Shown here: positions 1 through 7,924 of the stretch, piece by piece
Numbering within the stretch: the stretch's first letter is position 1
Layout: every line of letters begins with the position of its first letter
IMG/VR virus record: IMGVR_UViG_3300031251_000002
Location: 64,001-128,000 of that record
Source: a virus
Length of the DNA: 64,000 nucleotides
Reading direction: 5' to 3' (one strand)
The notes under the pieces: model-generated
The model's input: the letters and a program-made list of their open reading frames with translations, nothing else
Database searches by the model: none
What the model was told of the DNA's origin: nothing
Translations under genes and position numbers: made by a program

Positions 1-876
1 ATGGGGATGAAGAACGGTGGACTACCGAGTACCTACGAGTTCGACCATGTACAGAACTTGCTTCATACGACTATCAAGCTAGCGTGGGATCAGACAGCCC
101 CCGGCGGTGAGTCTCCGCGCATGTGGGAAGGCTGGAACCGGGATCGGTCCGGCAAGCTCACGCACTCGTCTGGTGCAGTCATCCGTCAGTCGGCTAACCC
201 TGAGGAGACTGGCAAATGGCTGGTGTACCTACCGGGTAAGGCCATGAAGCCCAAGGCATTCGATACGGTGTCTGACGCTAAGGCGTATGCCCGCAAGAAC
301 CTCAAGGAGTGGGTGCTTGGCGAGGCATCGTCCATCTACGAGTCACCGACAGGCGAGTGTTACAGAGACGCATATCAGTACGTGAAGGCCCACCCGAACG
401 CGATGTTGGTGCAGGGGGCTACTCATCCGATTGATGGGGCGAAGCCCGCCTACAACCACGCATGGGCAGAGGATGGCGGGACTGTGATCGAGCCGTGGTG
501 GGGGCAGACACCGAAGGACAAGTGGTACGCCCACTTCCGGCCTACAGACGTTCACAAGTACAACTCCCATGAGGCAAAGGTCAAGGTGCTTAGCCACAAG
601 AACTATGGTCCATGGGATGCCGCGGTTGTTGCCGACGATCCTGAGAACGTTCGTCGTGCGATGGTGGGTGAGGCAAAACCTCCTCGTCGTGGACAGGGCG
701 GGTCAGCCGATAGCCAAGCGGTGAAGGACTTCATTCGCAATCGCGGTCGCATGGGATCAGGCCCCCCACCGCCCGCTGATGGCGTGTGGGAACTTGAGAA
801 GCTGAAGAAGTGCGATTGTGGCGAGGTCTACTTGAAGGCCGACGCTACGACAGTCTGTCCGAAATGTGGCAAGTGA
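1..876 (+). CDS. Probably 5'-truncated multidomain protein with a transglutaminase/papain-like segment and a C-terminal zinc ribbon
   Basis: GECY..A...LVQG...HAWAED..VIEP motif; C-terminal CDC..CPKC; ORF starts at the window edge. Confidence 0.5.
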   Translation: MGMKNGGLPSTYEFDHVQNLLHTTIKLAWDQTAPGGESPRMWEGWNRDRSGKLTHSSGAVIRQSANPEETGKWLVYLPGKAMKPKAFDTVSDAKAYARKNLKEWVLGEASSIYESPTGECYRDAYQYVKAHPNAMLVQGATHPIDGAKPAYNHAWAEDGGTVIEPWWGQTPKDKWYAHFRPTDVHKYNSHEAKVKVLSHKNYGPWDAAVVADDPENVRRAMVGEAKPPRRGQGGSADSQAVKDFIRNRGRMGSGPPPPADGVWELEKLKKCDCGEVYLKADATTVCPKCGK

Positions 877-901
877 AGATTTTTGAAGGAAACGAGCTAA
901 C

Positions 902-1282
902 ATGGCAACAGTAGACAAGACGATTTCAATCGTAGGTACGCTTCAGTCAGCGGATCTGGTTACTCGGATCAAGCTCGATGACATCATGATGGCGACAGGT
1001 CGCCTGACGAAGCTGTTTGAGTTTGAGGCCACGCTGGCGGCAGCGACGGTCAACCAAGCGGTTAGCCTTCAGGACGCCACGGTGGCGAATTTCGTGTTCG
1101 CTCGCGTAGACGTTGTTGACGGCGGCGATTGTACGATCACTGTTACCCCACAGGGCGGTTCGGCCACAGCCATCGTTTGCAACGGTGGGGAAATCTGGCT
1201 GAACAAGACTGCGATCACAGCGATTACTGTCAGCAGCACATCTGGCGCGAACGTGAAGATCATTGGCGGAGGAATCGCTTAG
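902..1282 (+). CDS. Hypothetical beta-rich protein, possibly a virion component
   Basis: 126 aa ORF with AAGGA SD; T/V/A-rich. Confidence 0.6.
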   Translation: MATVDKTISIVGTLQSADLVTRIKLDDIMMATGRLTKLFEFEATLAAATVNQAVSLQDATVANFVFARVDVVDGGDCTITVTPQGGSATAIVCNGGEIWLNKTAITAITVSSTSGANVKIIGGGIA

Positions 1283-1284
1283 CC

Positions 1285-1749
1285 ATGCCGGGTTATAACA
1301 GGTATAAGCGCAGTGGAGACTGCGTGTTGTGTGGAACATGGCGACAGTCGTTGCATCGGGACCATATCGTTCCTAAGTTCAAAGGCGGTTCCGATGAGCC
1401 AAGCAACTGGCAGTTTATCTGTGCGAATTGTCATGAGGACAAGACGCGCCTTGACTTGAAGGGGAGAAAGCGACCGCCCCGTTCCAAGGAAACCAAGGAA
1501 AAAATTCGTGCTGCTGTCTCTAAACCGCGCAACCTGTCACCGGAACAGCGCAAGAGTATTTCTGAGCGAATGTCAAAACTTCACACCGGTAATCAGTACA
1601 ACGTCGGGAAGAAAAATGGGCCAATGATGCTTTCGCCGGAAGAGCGAGCTAGGCGGGCTGAACATTTACGTAACGTGGCTAAGACGATCAATATAGGCCG
1701 TAAGCGCCCCGATGTGGCAGAACGGAATCGACAGCGTGTTACCCGTTAG
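1285..1749 (+). mobile_element. Free-standing HNH homing endonuclease with a basic NUMOD-like C-terminus
   Basis: CxxC..DHIVPKFKGGSDEPSNWQFICANCH; ATG at 1285 is in frame with track ORF 1129..1749. Confidence 0.85.
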
Positions 1750-2497
1750 TACGTTTGTTGACACCCTGTTGTTGGAAGGGGTGTTCGATCAAGGGATTTT
1801 GAAAGCCATCTTCATGGCTGGTGGTGCTGGGTCTGGCAAGTCGGCTGTCGCGGCTGACTTGTTTGACATCCCAGACTCTAACGATGTCCGGTATGTCAGC
1901 TTTAGCTCTGGCGGGCTGAAGCTGGTCAACCCGGACAGAGCGTTCGTTCACGGTCTGATCAAGGCGGGGTACGATCCCAAGAAGTTAGCTGACATCCCGG
2001 ACGAGGAGTTTGATCGAGTCATCGGTGGCGACCACCCCGGTCCCGGCACGATTCGGGCGATTGCCAAGCAGCTTGCGGTCAAGGTCTATGACATGAACAA
2101 GGATGGGCGTCTTGGCATGCTGATCGACGGGACCGGCGGCAACCTTCCGAAGATTCAGGGCCAGAAAGAAGACCTTGAGAGCATCGGTTACGACACGTAC
2201 ATGGTGTTTGTTAACACCCGCCTTGAGGTCGCCTTGGCCCGGAACAAGAAACGCTCGCGGGTAGTCAAGGACGAGGTTGTTATCAGTACGTGGCATGAGG
2301 TGCAAGCGAACCTAGAAACTTATCGTTCAATGTTTGGCAGTCACTTCACGATCATTGAAAATTCGGCTGATCAGCGTAACATCACAGCAGCGGCAAACAG
2401 CGCTGTTCGTGGGTTCATGTCGCAGCCGGTTCAGAATCCAATAGGGCAAGAATGGATACAGAACATGACGAAGATTCGCCAGCGGGCGGAGAAATAG
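1736..2497 (+). CDS. P-loop kinase (zeta-toxin/AAA_33-like) of the type seen in T4-like phages
   Basis: EGVFDQGILKAIFMAGGAGSGKS Walker A, VNPD, LIDGTG, ALARNKKRSR lid; start at GTG 1736 or ATG 1712. Confidence 0.8.
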   Translation: MLPVSTFVDTLLLEGVFDQGILKAIFMAGGAGSGKSAVAADLFDIPDSNDVRYVSFSSGGLKLVNPDRAFVHGLIKAGYDPKKLADIPDEEFDRVIGGDHPGPGTIRAIAKQLAVKVYDMNKDGRLGMLIDGTGGNLPKIQGQKEDLESIGYDTYMVFVNTRLEVALARNKKRSRVVKDEVVISTWHEVQANLETYRSMFGSHFTIIENSADQRNITAAANSAVRGFMSQPVQNPIGQEWIQNMTKIRQRAEK

Positions 2498-2664
2498 ATT
2501 TCAAGGATTTGGTGGATCTGGTGTTCGGCCTTGCTGTCACAGCCACCTTTGAAGAGCTACGTTACTTCAAGTCACGGATGGAACAGGTCATACTGAAAAC
2601 AAGGGGAGAAACCCCGCTACGTTCACAGCATAAGTCCCGTCCAAAACGGAGCGGGCGAATTTAG
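2452..2664 (+). CDS. Hypothetical protein
   Basis: 70 aa ORF filling the gap between neighbours. Confidence 0.4.
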   Translation: MDTEHDEDSPAGGEIDFKDLVDLVFGLAVTATFEELRYFKSRMEQVILKTRGETPLRSQHKSRPKRSGRI

Positions 2665-2672
2665 GAGAAAAT

Positions 2673-3176
2673 ATGTCTCACGAAAAGATTTGGGTTTGCC
2701 CTCATTGCAACTTCTCACAGATCCAGCTTGGACCCGGCGATCCGCATGCGCTGAACAACGCTCCTGTGCGCCAGTTCATCGAGTACATCTGCCACCACTG
2801 CGGAAACCGCATGACACCTCCGGGCGGTCTATTCACCGAAGGTGGGGCGCGTAACAACGCTGCTCCGGGTGCCGAACTGTCGGCGGCTGGCAAGCTCCTG
2901 TCGATCACCTGCGCTAACTTCGCTCACACTGGGACTGGCACGGCGATTATCACACTCGACGCAGATGCTGAGGATGATGGCTCACACAACGACGGTCTAG
3001 TTGTTAACCTGACCTCTGGCAGCGGCGCGCACATGACAATTCCGGCAACGGCGGTTGTTCCTGCTGGTTCGCGTACGGTCAGCGTTACGGTTACTGGCGT
3101 CGGCGCTGGCACCTCGCTGTTGACTGCGGCGGCTACTGGTAGCGTGAGCAAGACTGTTACGGCTACGGCCACCTAG
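2673..3176 (+). CDS. Zinc-ribbon plus Ig-like domain protein
   Basis: CPHC..CHHC; C-terminal VVPAGSRTVSVTVTGVGAGTSLLTA Ig-like strands; AGGAG SD. Confidence 0.6.
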   Translation: MSHEKIWVCPHCNFSQIQLGPGDPHALNNAPVRQFIEYICHHCGNRMTPPGGLFTEGGARNNAAPGAELSAAGKLLSITCANFAHTGTGTAIITLDADAEDDGSHNDGLVVNLTSGSGAHMTIPATAVVPAGSRTVSVTVTGVGAGTSLLTAAATGSVSKTVTATAT

Positions 3177-3184
3177 GAGTCCCT

Positions 3185-3589
3185 ATGCCTCCTATTGATA
3201 GCTCTGATATCAAGAAGGATGCGCTGCACAAAGAGCTTGGCGTCCCAACGGATAAGAAGATCCCGGACGCCGAGCTTCAGGCAGCGAAGAACTCTTCTGA
3301 TCCGAAAGAGCGCAAGCGAGCCACCTTTGCCCTCAATGCAAAGAAGTGGAACCACGAATCGGTCACCCGGTTCGTTGATTCACTGGCAGAGGGCGGTTTA
3401 TCAGCGCGAGAGCTAGACATGCAGTCTGGTGACATCACCACTTCCATGTACGGCGGTTCGGCGTCTGAGTGGGCTGCGATGCCAATGACAACGCCTTGTG
3501 ATCGACCGACCTGTGATCATCCCAAGGGGAATCACAAGACTATGAATCTGCACCCCTGCTCCCGGTGTTCGTGCCCCGCTTACATATGA
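3185..3589 (+). CDS. Hypothetical head-associated protein with a C-terminal Cys/His zinc finger
   Basis: DALHKELGVPTDKKIP..KRATFALN motif; C..C.H...H..C..C.C; AGGAG SD. Confidence 0.6.
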   Translation: MPPIDSSDIKKDALHKELGVPTDKKIPDAELQAAKNSSDPKERKRATFALNAKKWNHESVTRFVDSLAEGGLSARELDMQSGDITTSMYGGSASEWAAMPMTTPCDRPTCDHPKGNHKTMNLHPCSRCSCPAYI

Positions 3590-4011
3590 AGTTTGAAACA
3601 CCACGAATCGCGGCTGAGTGGGCTGGAGCGCCCGTTCCCGGTGGGACGGTTACGCTCAACCCAGCTTTGCGGCAGATGGTTACTGACATCCAGACGTACG
3701 CCATGACGACGTACGGTTGGGAGTTTTTCATCACCTGTCTTCTGCGGACGCCAGCGGAGAACGAGGCCGAGTACAACAACGACGGCCATCACGATCTTGG
3801 CGTCCATGTTATCGGCAATGGCGGAGACATCAGGACGAAGGACCAGAATCCGACCACGGTACAGGCGGTTGCGAACTGGGTTAACCGTCAGTGGACGTAT
3901 GACCCGTCTCGACCGCACTTTCTGGTTGCTCTCTATGAGGGACAGGGCTTCGGTTCTTCGGCCACACACCTCCACATTCAGGTAAACATCCACACCGTAA
4001 TGAACTCATAA
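3586..4011 (+). CDS. Peptidase M15-like zinc peptidase, endolysin candidate
   Basis: LLRT..EN..GVHVIGNGGDIR and HLHIQ zinc-ligand pattern; ATG overlaps the upstream stop (ATGA). Confidence 0.65.
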   Translation: MKFETPRIAAEWAGAPVPGGTVTLNPALRQMVTDIQTYAMTTYGWEFFITCLLRTPAENEAEYNNDGHHDLGVHVIGNGGDIRTKDQNPTTVQAVANWVNRQWTYDPSRPHFLVALYEGQGFGSSATHLHIQVNIHTVMNS

Positions 4012-4056
4012 TTCAAGGGGTTTTGGGGAAACTCACGCCTCTCTTGGATTTTTAAG

Positions 4057-4836
4057 GTGGCTATGTCTAATTTCGACGGCTTCTACGAACACATCCTCGT
4101 TCTGCCGGAACAGGAGTGGAGAAACCAGCTTCGTGAGAACGATGCGCTGGTAGGCCGTCTGCGCGATCACGGTGCCGCTGTCACACCTGACGGTGTTCTT
4201 GTAGTCGAGGCTGAAAGACTTTACCGGGTCACTCTCCTACTACGCGAACACAACCTTACGTGGCGCTTCGATCCTGCCTTTGCCGTCGAGACTGCCTTGA
4301 CCGAGAGCGACCCGGTTACCTTGATGAACAGGATGCTTTACGATCCAGAAGAACCCTATAGCTGGGAAGATCGAAAGCCTCTTAAGTGGTATCCAGAAGG
4401 CGAAGAGATCGAAGACGCCATGGACGACTACGATAAGTCCCTCCCTAACCACGCGGATCAGACGCTTCAGATGCCGCAGGATGGCGTGAAGGCGTCTAAC
4501 GTCGCAGCCAAGGCATTGGATCATGGCTGGCAGGATCCCTCTCTCGCTGCGGTCGGTGAGGGCAAGGAAGGCGCGAAGAAAATCAAGAACGAGGCCGGGA
4601 CCGAATCCACTGATCCGGACTTCAACCCGTGCCCTGCGTACATGGAAGGCTTCTGCCGCGTAGACGGACGAGTATGCCTGTACAACAAAGAAACCTTTGA
4701 GGACTGTCCGAAGTTCAACACTGCTCTGATCATTACCAAAGGCAACATGGCCATCCCTCCGGGTTCGGAGGACGATGAAGATTACGGCGGCGGCGCTTTT
4801 GGCGACAAAGACGATCCGCTAGCGGGTGAGAACTAG
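4057..4836 (+). CDS. Acidic hypothetical protein with a four-Cys cluster
   Basis: 259 aa ORF; CPAYMEGFC..C..CPKF. Confidence 0.6.
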   Translation: MAMSNFDGFYEHILVLPEQEWRNQLRENDALVGRLRDHGAAVTPDGVLVVEAERLYRVTLLLREHNLTWRFDPAFAVETALTESDPVTLMNRMLYDPEEPYSWEDRKPLKWYPEGEEIEDAMDDYDKSLPNHADQTLQMPQDGVKASNVAAKALDHGWQDPSLAAVGEGKEGAKKIKNEAGTESTDPDFNPCPAYMEGFCRVDGRVCLYNKETFEDCPKFNTALIITKGNMAIPPGSEDDEDYGGGAFGDKDDPLAGEN

Positions 4837-5243
4837 TGGCCAGCATTCTTACCAACGATGGTGAGCAGCTTCTTCTGGAATGCTTGCTGGTCGGTCGAGC
4901 CATCCCTGCTACCTATCAGGTTGGCCTGACCAACGCGGTTCTAGTAGTGACTGATAACCTAGCGACAGCCGTGGCTGGTGAACCGTCTGGGTTTGGGTAT
5001 GCCCGAATCACAATGGAGCAGAGCAACGTTGGCTGGGTTACTTCCGCGCTCGATTCCGGGCATTGGAAGATCACCGGGAAGAACGTTACGTGGACTGCCT
5101 CGGGCGGTGCCATCGGCCCGTTCCAGAACGTCTTCCTGACAGACGGGACCATCGTTGTCGGCTTCTGGAATACCACAGCAACCAGTATCCCTGACACTAC
5201 GTCATTTACCTTTACCCCAAGCATCAAAGAGACTTCAGCATGA
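4836..5243 (+). CDS. Small virion fibre-subunit-like protein, likely paralog of 15887..16453
   Basis: LTNDGEQLLL..VGL..E.SG.GYAR..WTASGG pattern. Confidence 0.6.
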   Translation: MASILTNDGEQLLLECLLVGRAIPATYQVGLTNAVLVVTDNLATAVAGEPSGFGYARITMEQSNVGWVTSALDSGHWKITGKNVTWTASGGAIGPFQNVFLTDGTIVVGFWNTTATSIPDTTSFTFTPSIKETSA

Positions 5244-5488
5244 ACGGGGCTGCGGTGGTTGTCCGGACCAATCCGTGTGTCCATGGTGAGAGGAGCGCGG
5301 ATTTGTGTAGTTTTTGTCAGGACATCCATCCGCCTGATGCAACGATTCAGGACGAGATGAACGAATTGAGCAAACGTCAACTAATCATTACCGAGAAAGT
5401 GAGTCTGGCTATGCTGCTTCGACGCATTTTTTTAGGCAAGCGGACTGCGCGGGAGATTCCGCAAGGCTTTGGTAATGGAGGGCTTTGA
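5240..5488 (+). CDS. Hypothetical protein with a CxH..CxxC motif
   Basis: 82 aa; ATGA coupling to upstream gene. Confidence 0.45.
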   Translation: MNGAAVVVRTNPCVHGERSADLCSFCQDIHPPDATIQDEMNELSKRQLIITEKVSLAMLLRRIFLGKRTAREIPQGFGNGGL

Positions 5489-5708
5489 GCGTCAGGGAAC
5501 GGATAGCTGGAACGAGTGGCGCAAGTTCGTACTGAATGAACTGACTCGCTATAGCGGAGCTATCATCACCCTTGACGATAAGATCAACGAACTGAGAATC
5601 GAAGTGGCGATGTTGAAAGTAAAGGCATCCCTGTTCGGATCCTTGGCGGGTCTAGCAACTACGATTCTTCTCCACTTTCTGCTCTCGCTTGTTCCAGTAG
5701 CGAAATGA
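5475..5708 (+). CDS. Small coiled-coil protein with a C-terminal TM helix (holin/XhlA-like)
   Basis: LDDKINELRIEVAMLKVK followed by hydrophobic SLFGSLAGLATTILLHFLLSLV. Confidence 0.55.
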   Translation: MEGFERQGTDSWNEWRKFVLNELTRYSGAIITLDDKINELRIEVAMLKVKASLFGSLAGLATTILLHFLLSLVPVAK

Positions 5709-6091
5709 CCATTCTGGACGATATCGGTCCGTACAGAAGCTCCTCTCCTTCTGTTGTAGAGATCAAGATCGAGCGAGGGATTTTGTGCGTCATGCTGAGT
5801 GGTGAGGTCACGCTGGTCGAAGCTTCGACCGTTAAGAAGATGGTTGCACAAGCAACGGACTCTTCGCTCAAGCCGACTGGCGTCATTCTGGACTTGACCA
5901 AAGCGGGCCACATCTACAGCCCAGCGCTGGGCCGGTTACTGTACCTCCGCAGTCTTTCAGTTCCGGTAACCATTGTTGCTTCACCGGTTCATGTTGCGCT
6001 GCTAGAGAGCCTTGGTCTGACTGCGGTATTCAAGCTGTCTACCACTGTAACAGATGCGATTGCTTATCTGAGGAAACCAGATGCAGTTTGA
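5705..6091 (+). CDS. STAS-domain anti-sigma-factor antagonist (SpoIIAA/RsbV-like)
   Basis: LSGEV..VILDLTKAGHIYSPALGRLL..LLESLGLTAVFKLSTTVTDAI matches the STAS pattern; phospho-acceptor Ser position retained. Confidence 0.75.
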   Translation: MTILDDIGPYRSSSPSVVEIKIERGILCVMLSGEVTLVEASTVKKMVAQATDSSLKPTGVILDLTKAGHIYSPALGRLLYLRSLSVPVTIVASPVHVALLESLGLTAVFKLSTTVTDAIAYLRKPDAV

Positions 6092-6452
6092 TCGACACTC
6101 TGTTGAAGCGGATCTTTTCCACCTTGGCTGTGATCGAGTCCGGGCTTTCAGCATGTCAGCCGCGATAGCGGAGATTGTTCTGAACGCTGAGGAGCGCAAG
6201 CAGGGCTATGTAATCAGCTATCAGGCTGATGAGACCTACGTGCTGGTGGATGTCATGCACTACAACGCCCTCGCGCCGACGCTGGCGCAGACGCTGCGTA
6301 AGGTCAAGATATCGGCCCCTCGCGGGCGCGGTTACGCAATGGCGCGTTCTTTGGTCAAGGATCTACAGGTCATCGCTGACCGGCCAAAGGCGGGCTTTAC
6401 AGTGCGTTTGCTGGACGACAAGAAGCGCCCCGCTGACGGTGAAATTGTGTAG
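6081..6452 (+). CDS. Divergent RsbW/SpoIIAB-like anti-sigma factor (HATPase_c fold)
   Basis: AIAEIVLNA N-box and RGRGYAMARSLVKDLQV G2-like box; the DxG box is not evident. Confidence 0.65.
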   Translation: MQFDRHSVEADLFHLGCDRVRAFSMSAAIAEIVLNAEERKQGYVISYQADETYVLVDVMHYNALAPTLAQTLRKVKISAPRGRGYAMARSLVKDLQVIADRPKAGFTVRLLDDKKRPADGEIV

Positions 6453-6456
6453 TACA

Positions 6457-6486
6457 CCTGAAAAACGGTTTCCTTAGTTTTTCAGG
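6457..6486. repeat. Perfect 10-bp inverted repeat (hairpin or operator)
   Basis: CCTGAAAAAC-N10-GTTTTTCAGG directly after the anti-sigma-like gene. Confidence 0.6.
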
Positions 6487-6572
6487 GACTTCGCTTTAGT
6501 AACGCCACATCTTGTGCATTCTTATCGTAGGGACACTGTAACCATCGTTTTGATTGATTAGGAGACATCTCC

Positions 6573-6851
6573 ATGTCAGGTCTTGCTTTCGATATTCAGG
6601 AAATCCCAGTTAAGCTAGATACCCTAGATGCTACTGACCCAGTAGATCGTAATCTTCAGGGTTGCCGCAGCCTATCGGCTGGAATCGCTTCCGTTCTACG
6701 GGCGATTGAGGCTCCGGGCACCGGCAAGTTCTTCCGTCCTACCCACATTGCTGCGGCCAATCAGGCTACGTACGAGACGTACGTTGGCAACGCAATGAGC
6801 GCGGTGACGGATCTTCTCACGGCTCTAGCGGCGATTGCAGTTCAGTCCTAA
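6573..6851 (+). CDS. Hypothetical protein
   Basis: 92 aa; AGGAG SD. Confidence 0.6.
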   Translation: MSGLAFDIQEIPVKLDTLDATDPVDRNLQGCRSLSAGIASVLRAIEAPGTGKFFRPTHIAAANQATYETYVGNAMSAVTDLLTALAAIAVQS

Positions 6852-6857
6852 GCTATC

Positions 6858-7487
6858 TTGAACTTCAAGACAGCACTGGCGGTTCTGGTGGTGGGTCTGG
6901 CCTCTGCTTACGCGGAGGCCCAGACTGCCACGCCTACACCGTCTAAGACGCCAACGCCGACCAATACATTCACGGCGACGAACACTTTCACGCCGTCGAA
7001 TACACCGACCGTTACGGCTCGTAGGCCCATCTTCCCGTACACGCCTTCGATCACCCCGGTTCTCTCCGCTACGCCTACGCCAACTGTTACGAATACGGCA
7101 ACAGTGACGAATACACCAACCAAGACATTTACTCCGACTTTGACTTGGACGGCTCGTCCTCAGTTCCCGGCGCTGACCTTTACGAACACGCCGACAGCTT
7201 CCAAGACGCCAACGGTTACATTGACTGTCACACCGACAGCAACGTTTACGAAGACGTATACCCCGCTCCCGGTGTATACGCCAACCGTTCGTCAGCCACT
7301 CCCATCGTGGACCCCAAGCAGCACGGCTACCAACACCCGGACGTTCACGAACACACGGACGAGTACACCGACATTTACGCCGACCACGACCGCGACCCGG
7401 ACCGGGACGCCAACGAAGCGTCCGTCCCCGACGATCACTAAGACGGCAACCCCGACGAATACACCAACGAAGACCCCAACACCATAG
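6858..7487 (+). CDS. Secreted Thr/Pro-rich mucin-like protein
   Basis: Signal peptide [21 protein letters not shown] followed only by TxTP-type low-complexity sequence; TTG start. Confidence 0.7.
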   Translation: MNFKTALAVLVVGLASAYAEAQTATPTPSKTPTPTNTFTATNTFTPSNTPTVTARRPIFPYTPSITPVLSATPTPTVTNTATVTNTPTKTFTPTLTWTARPQFPALTFTNTPTASKTPTVTLTVTPTATFTKTYTPLPVYTPTVRQPLPSWTPSSTATNTRTFTNTRTSTPTFTPTTTATRTGTPTKRPSPTITKTATPTNTPTKTPTP

Positions 7488-7921
7488 TGTCAACTCTAAG
7501 TGTTCTACTCAATGCTGTCCTCCGAGCCTCTGCGACCCCTGCTCAGGAGCCGCCCATTTCGCTCCTCACCGAAGTGCGGCGGCTCCCATCTTTCTGGAAT
7601 CTGGCAGAGACTGAGGATGATGTACCAGCCTTTCGAGTTGTCTATCGTCTCCCGAGCGATCTCATGGGGTTCGGGTGCATGGATCTCTATCGGGGCAACC
7701 GGTATGAAGGCACTGTAGAAGCCTTCTCAATTTTGAAACTACAACGTGAATATGGATTCAATCAGCTTGAGGCCGAACGGTTTTGTGACTATGCGTGGAA
7801 CTTTCGCTGGGTGCTGCTTAACAGCAGCAACCGCCGGTACACGCAGGAGCTTTCGCTTCACCGGATCCTCGATGCTGTTGACCTCGGAACTAATGATCTC
7901 GTCATCGGAGAAGAAGGATAA
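7487..7921 (+). CDS. Hypothetical protein
   Basis: 144 aa; coupled to the upstream stop. Confidence 0.55.
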   Translation: MSTLSVLLNAVLRASATPAQEPPISLLTEVRRLPSFWNLAETEDDVPAFRVVYRLPSDLMGFGCMDLYRGNRYEGTVEAFSILKLQREYGFNQLEAERFCDYAWNFRWVLLNSSNRRYTQELSLHRILDAVDLGTNDLVIGEEG

Positions 7922-7924
7922 TCT

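Noticed and set aside
1736-2664. Epsilon-zeta toxin-antitoxin pair
   Set aside because: No recognisable antitoxin; the kinase looks like the stand-alone type found in T4-like phages
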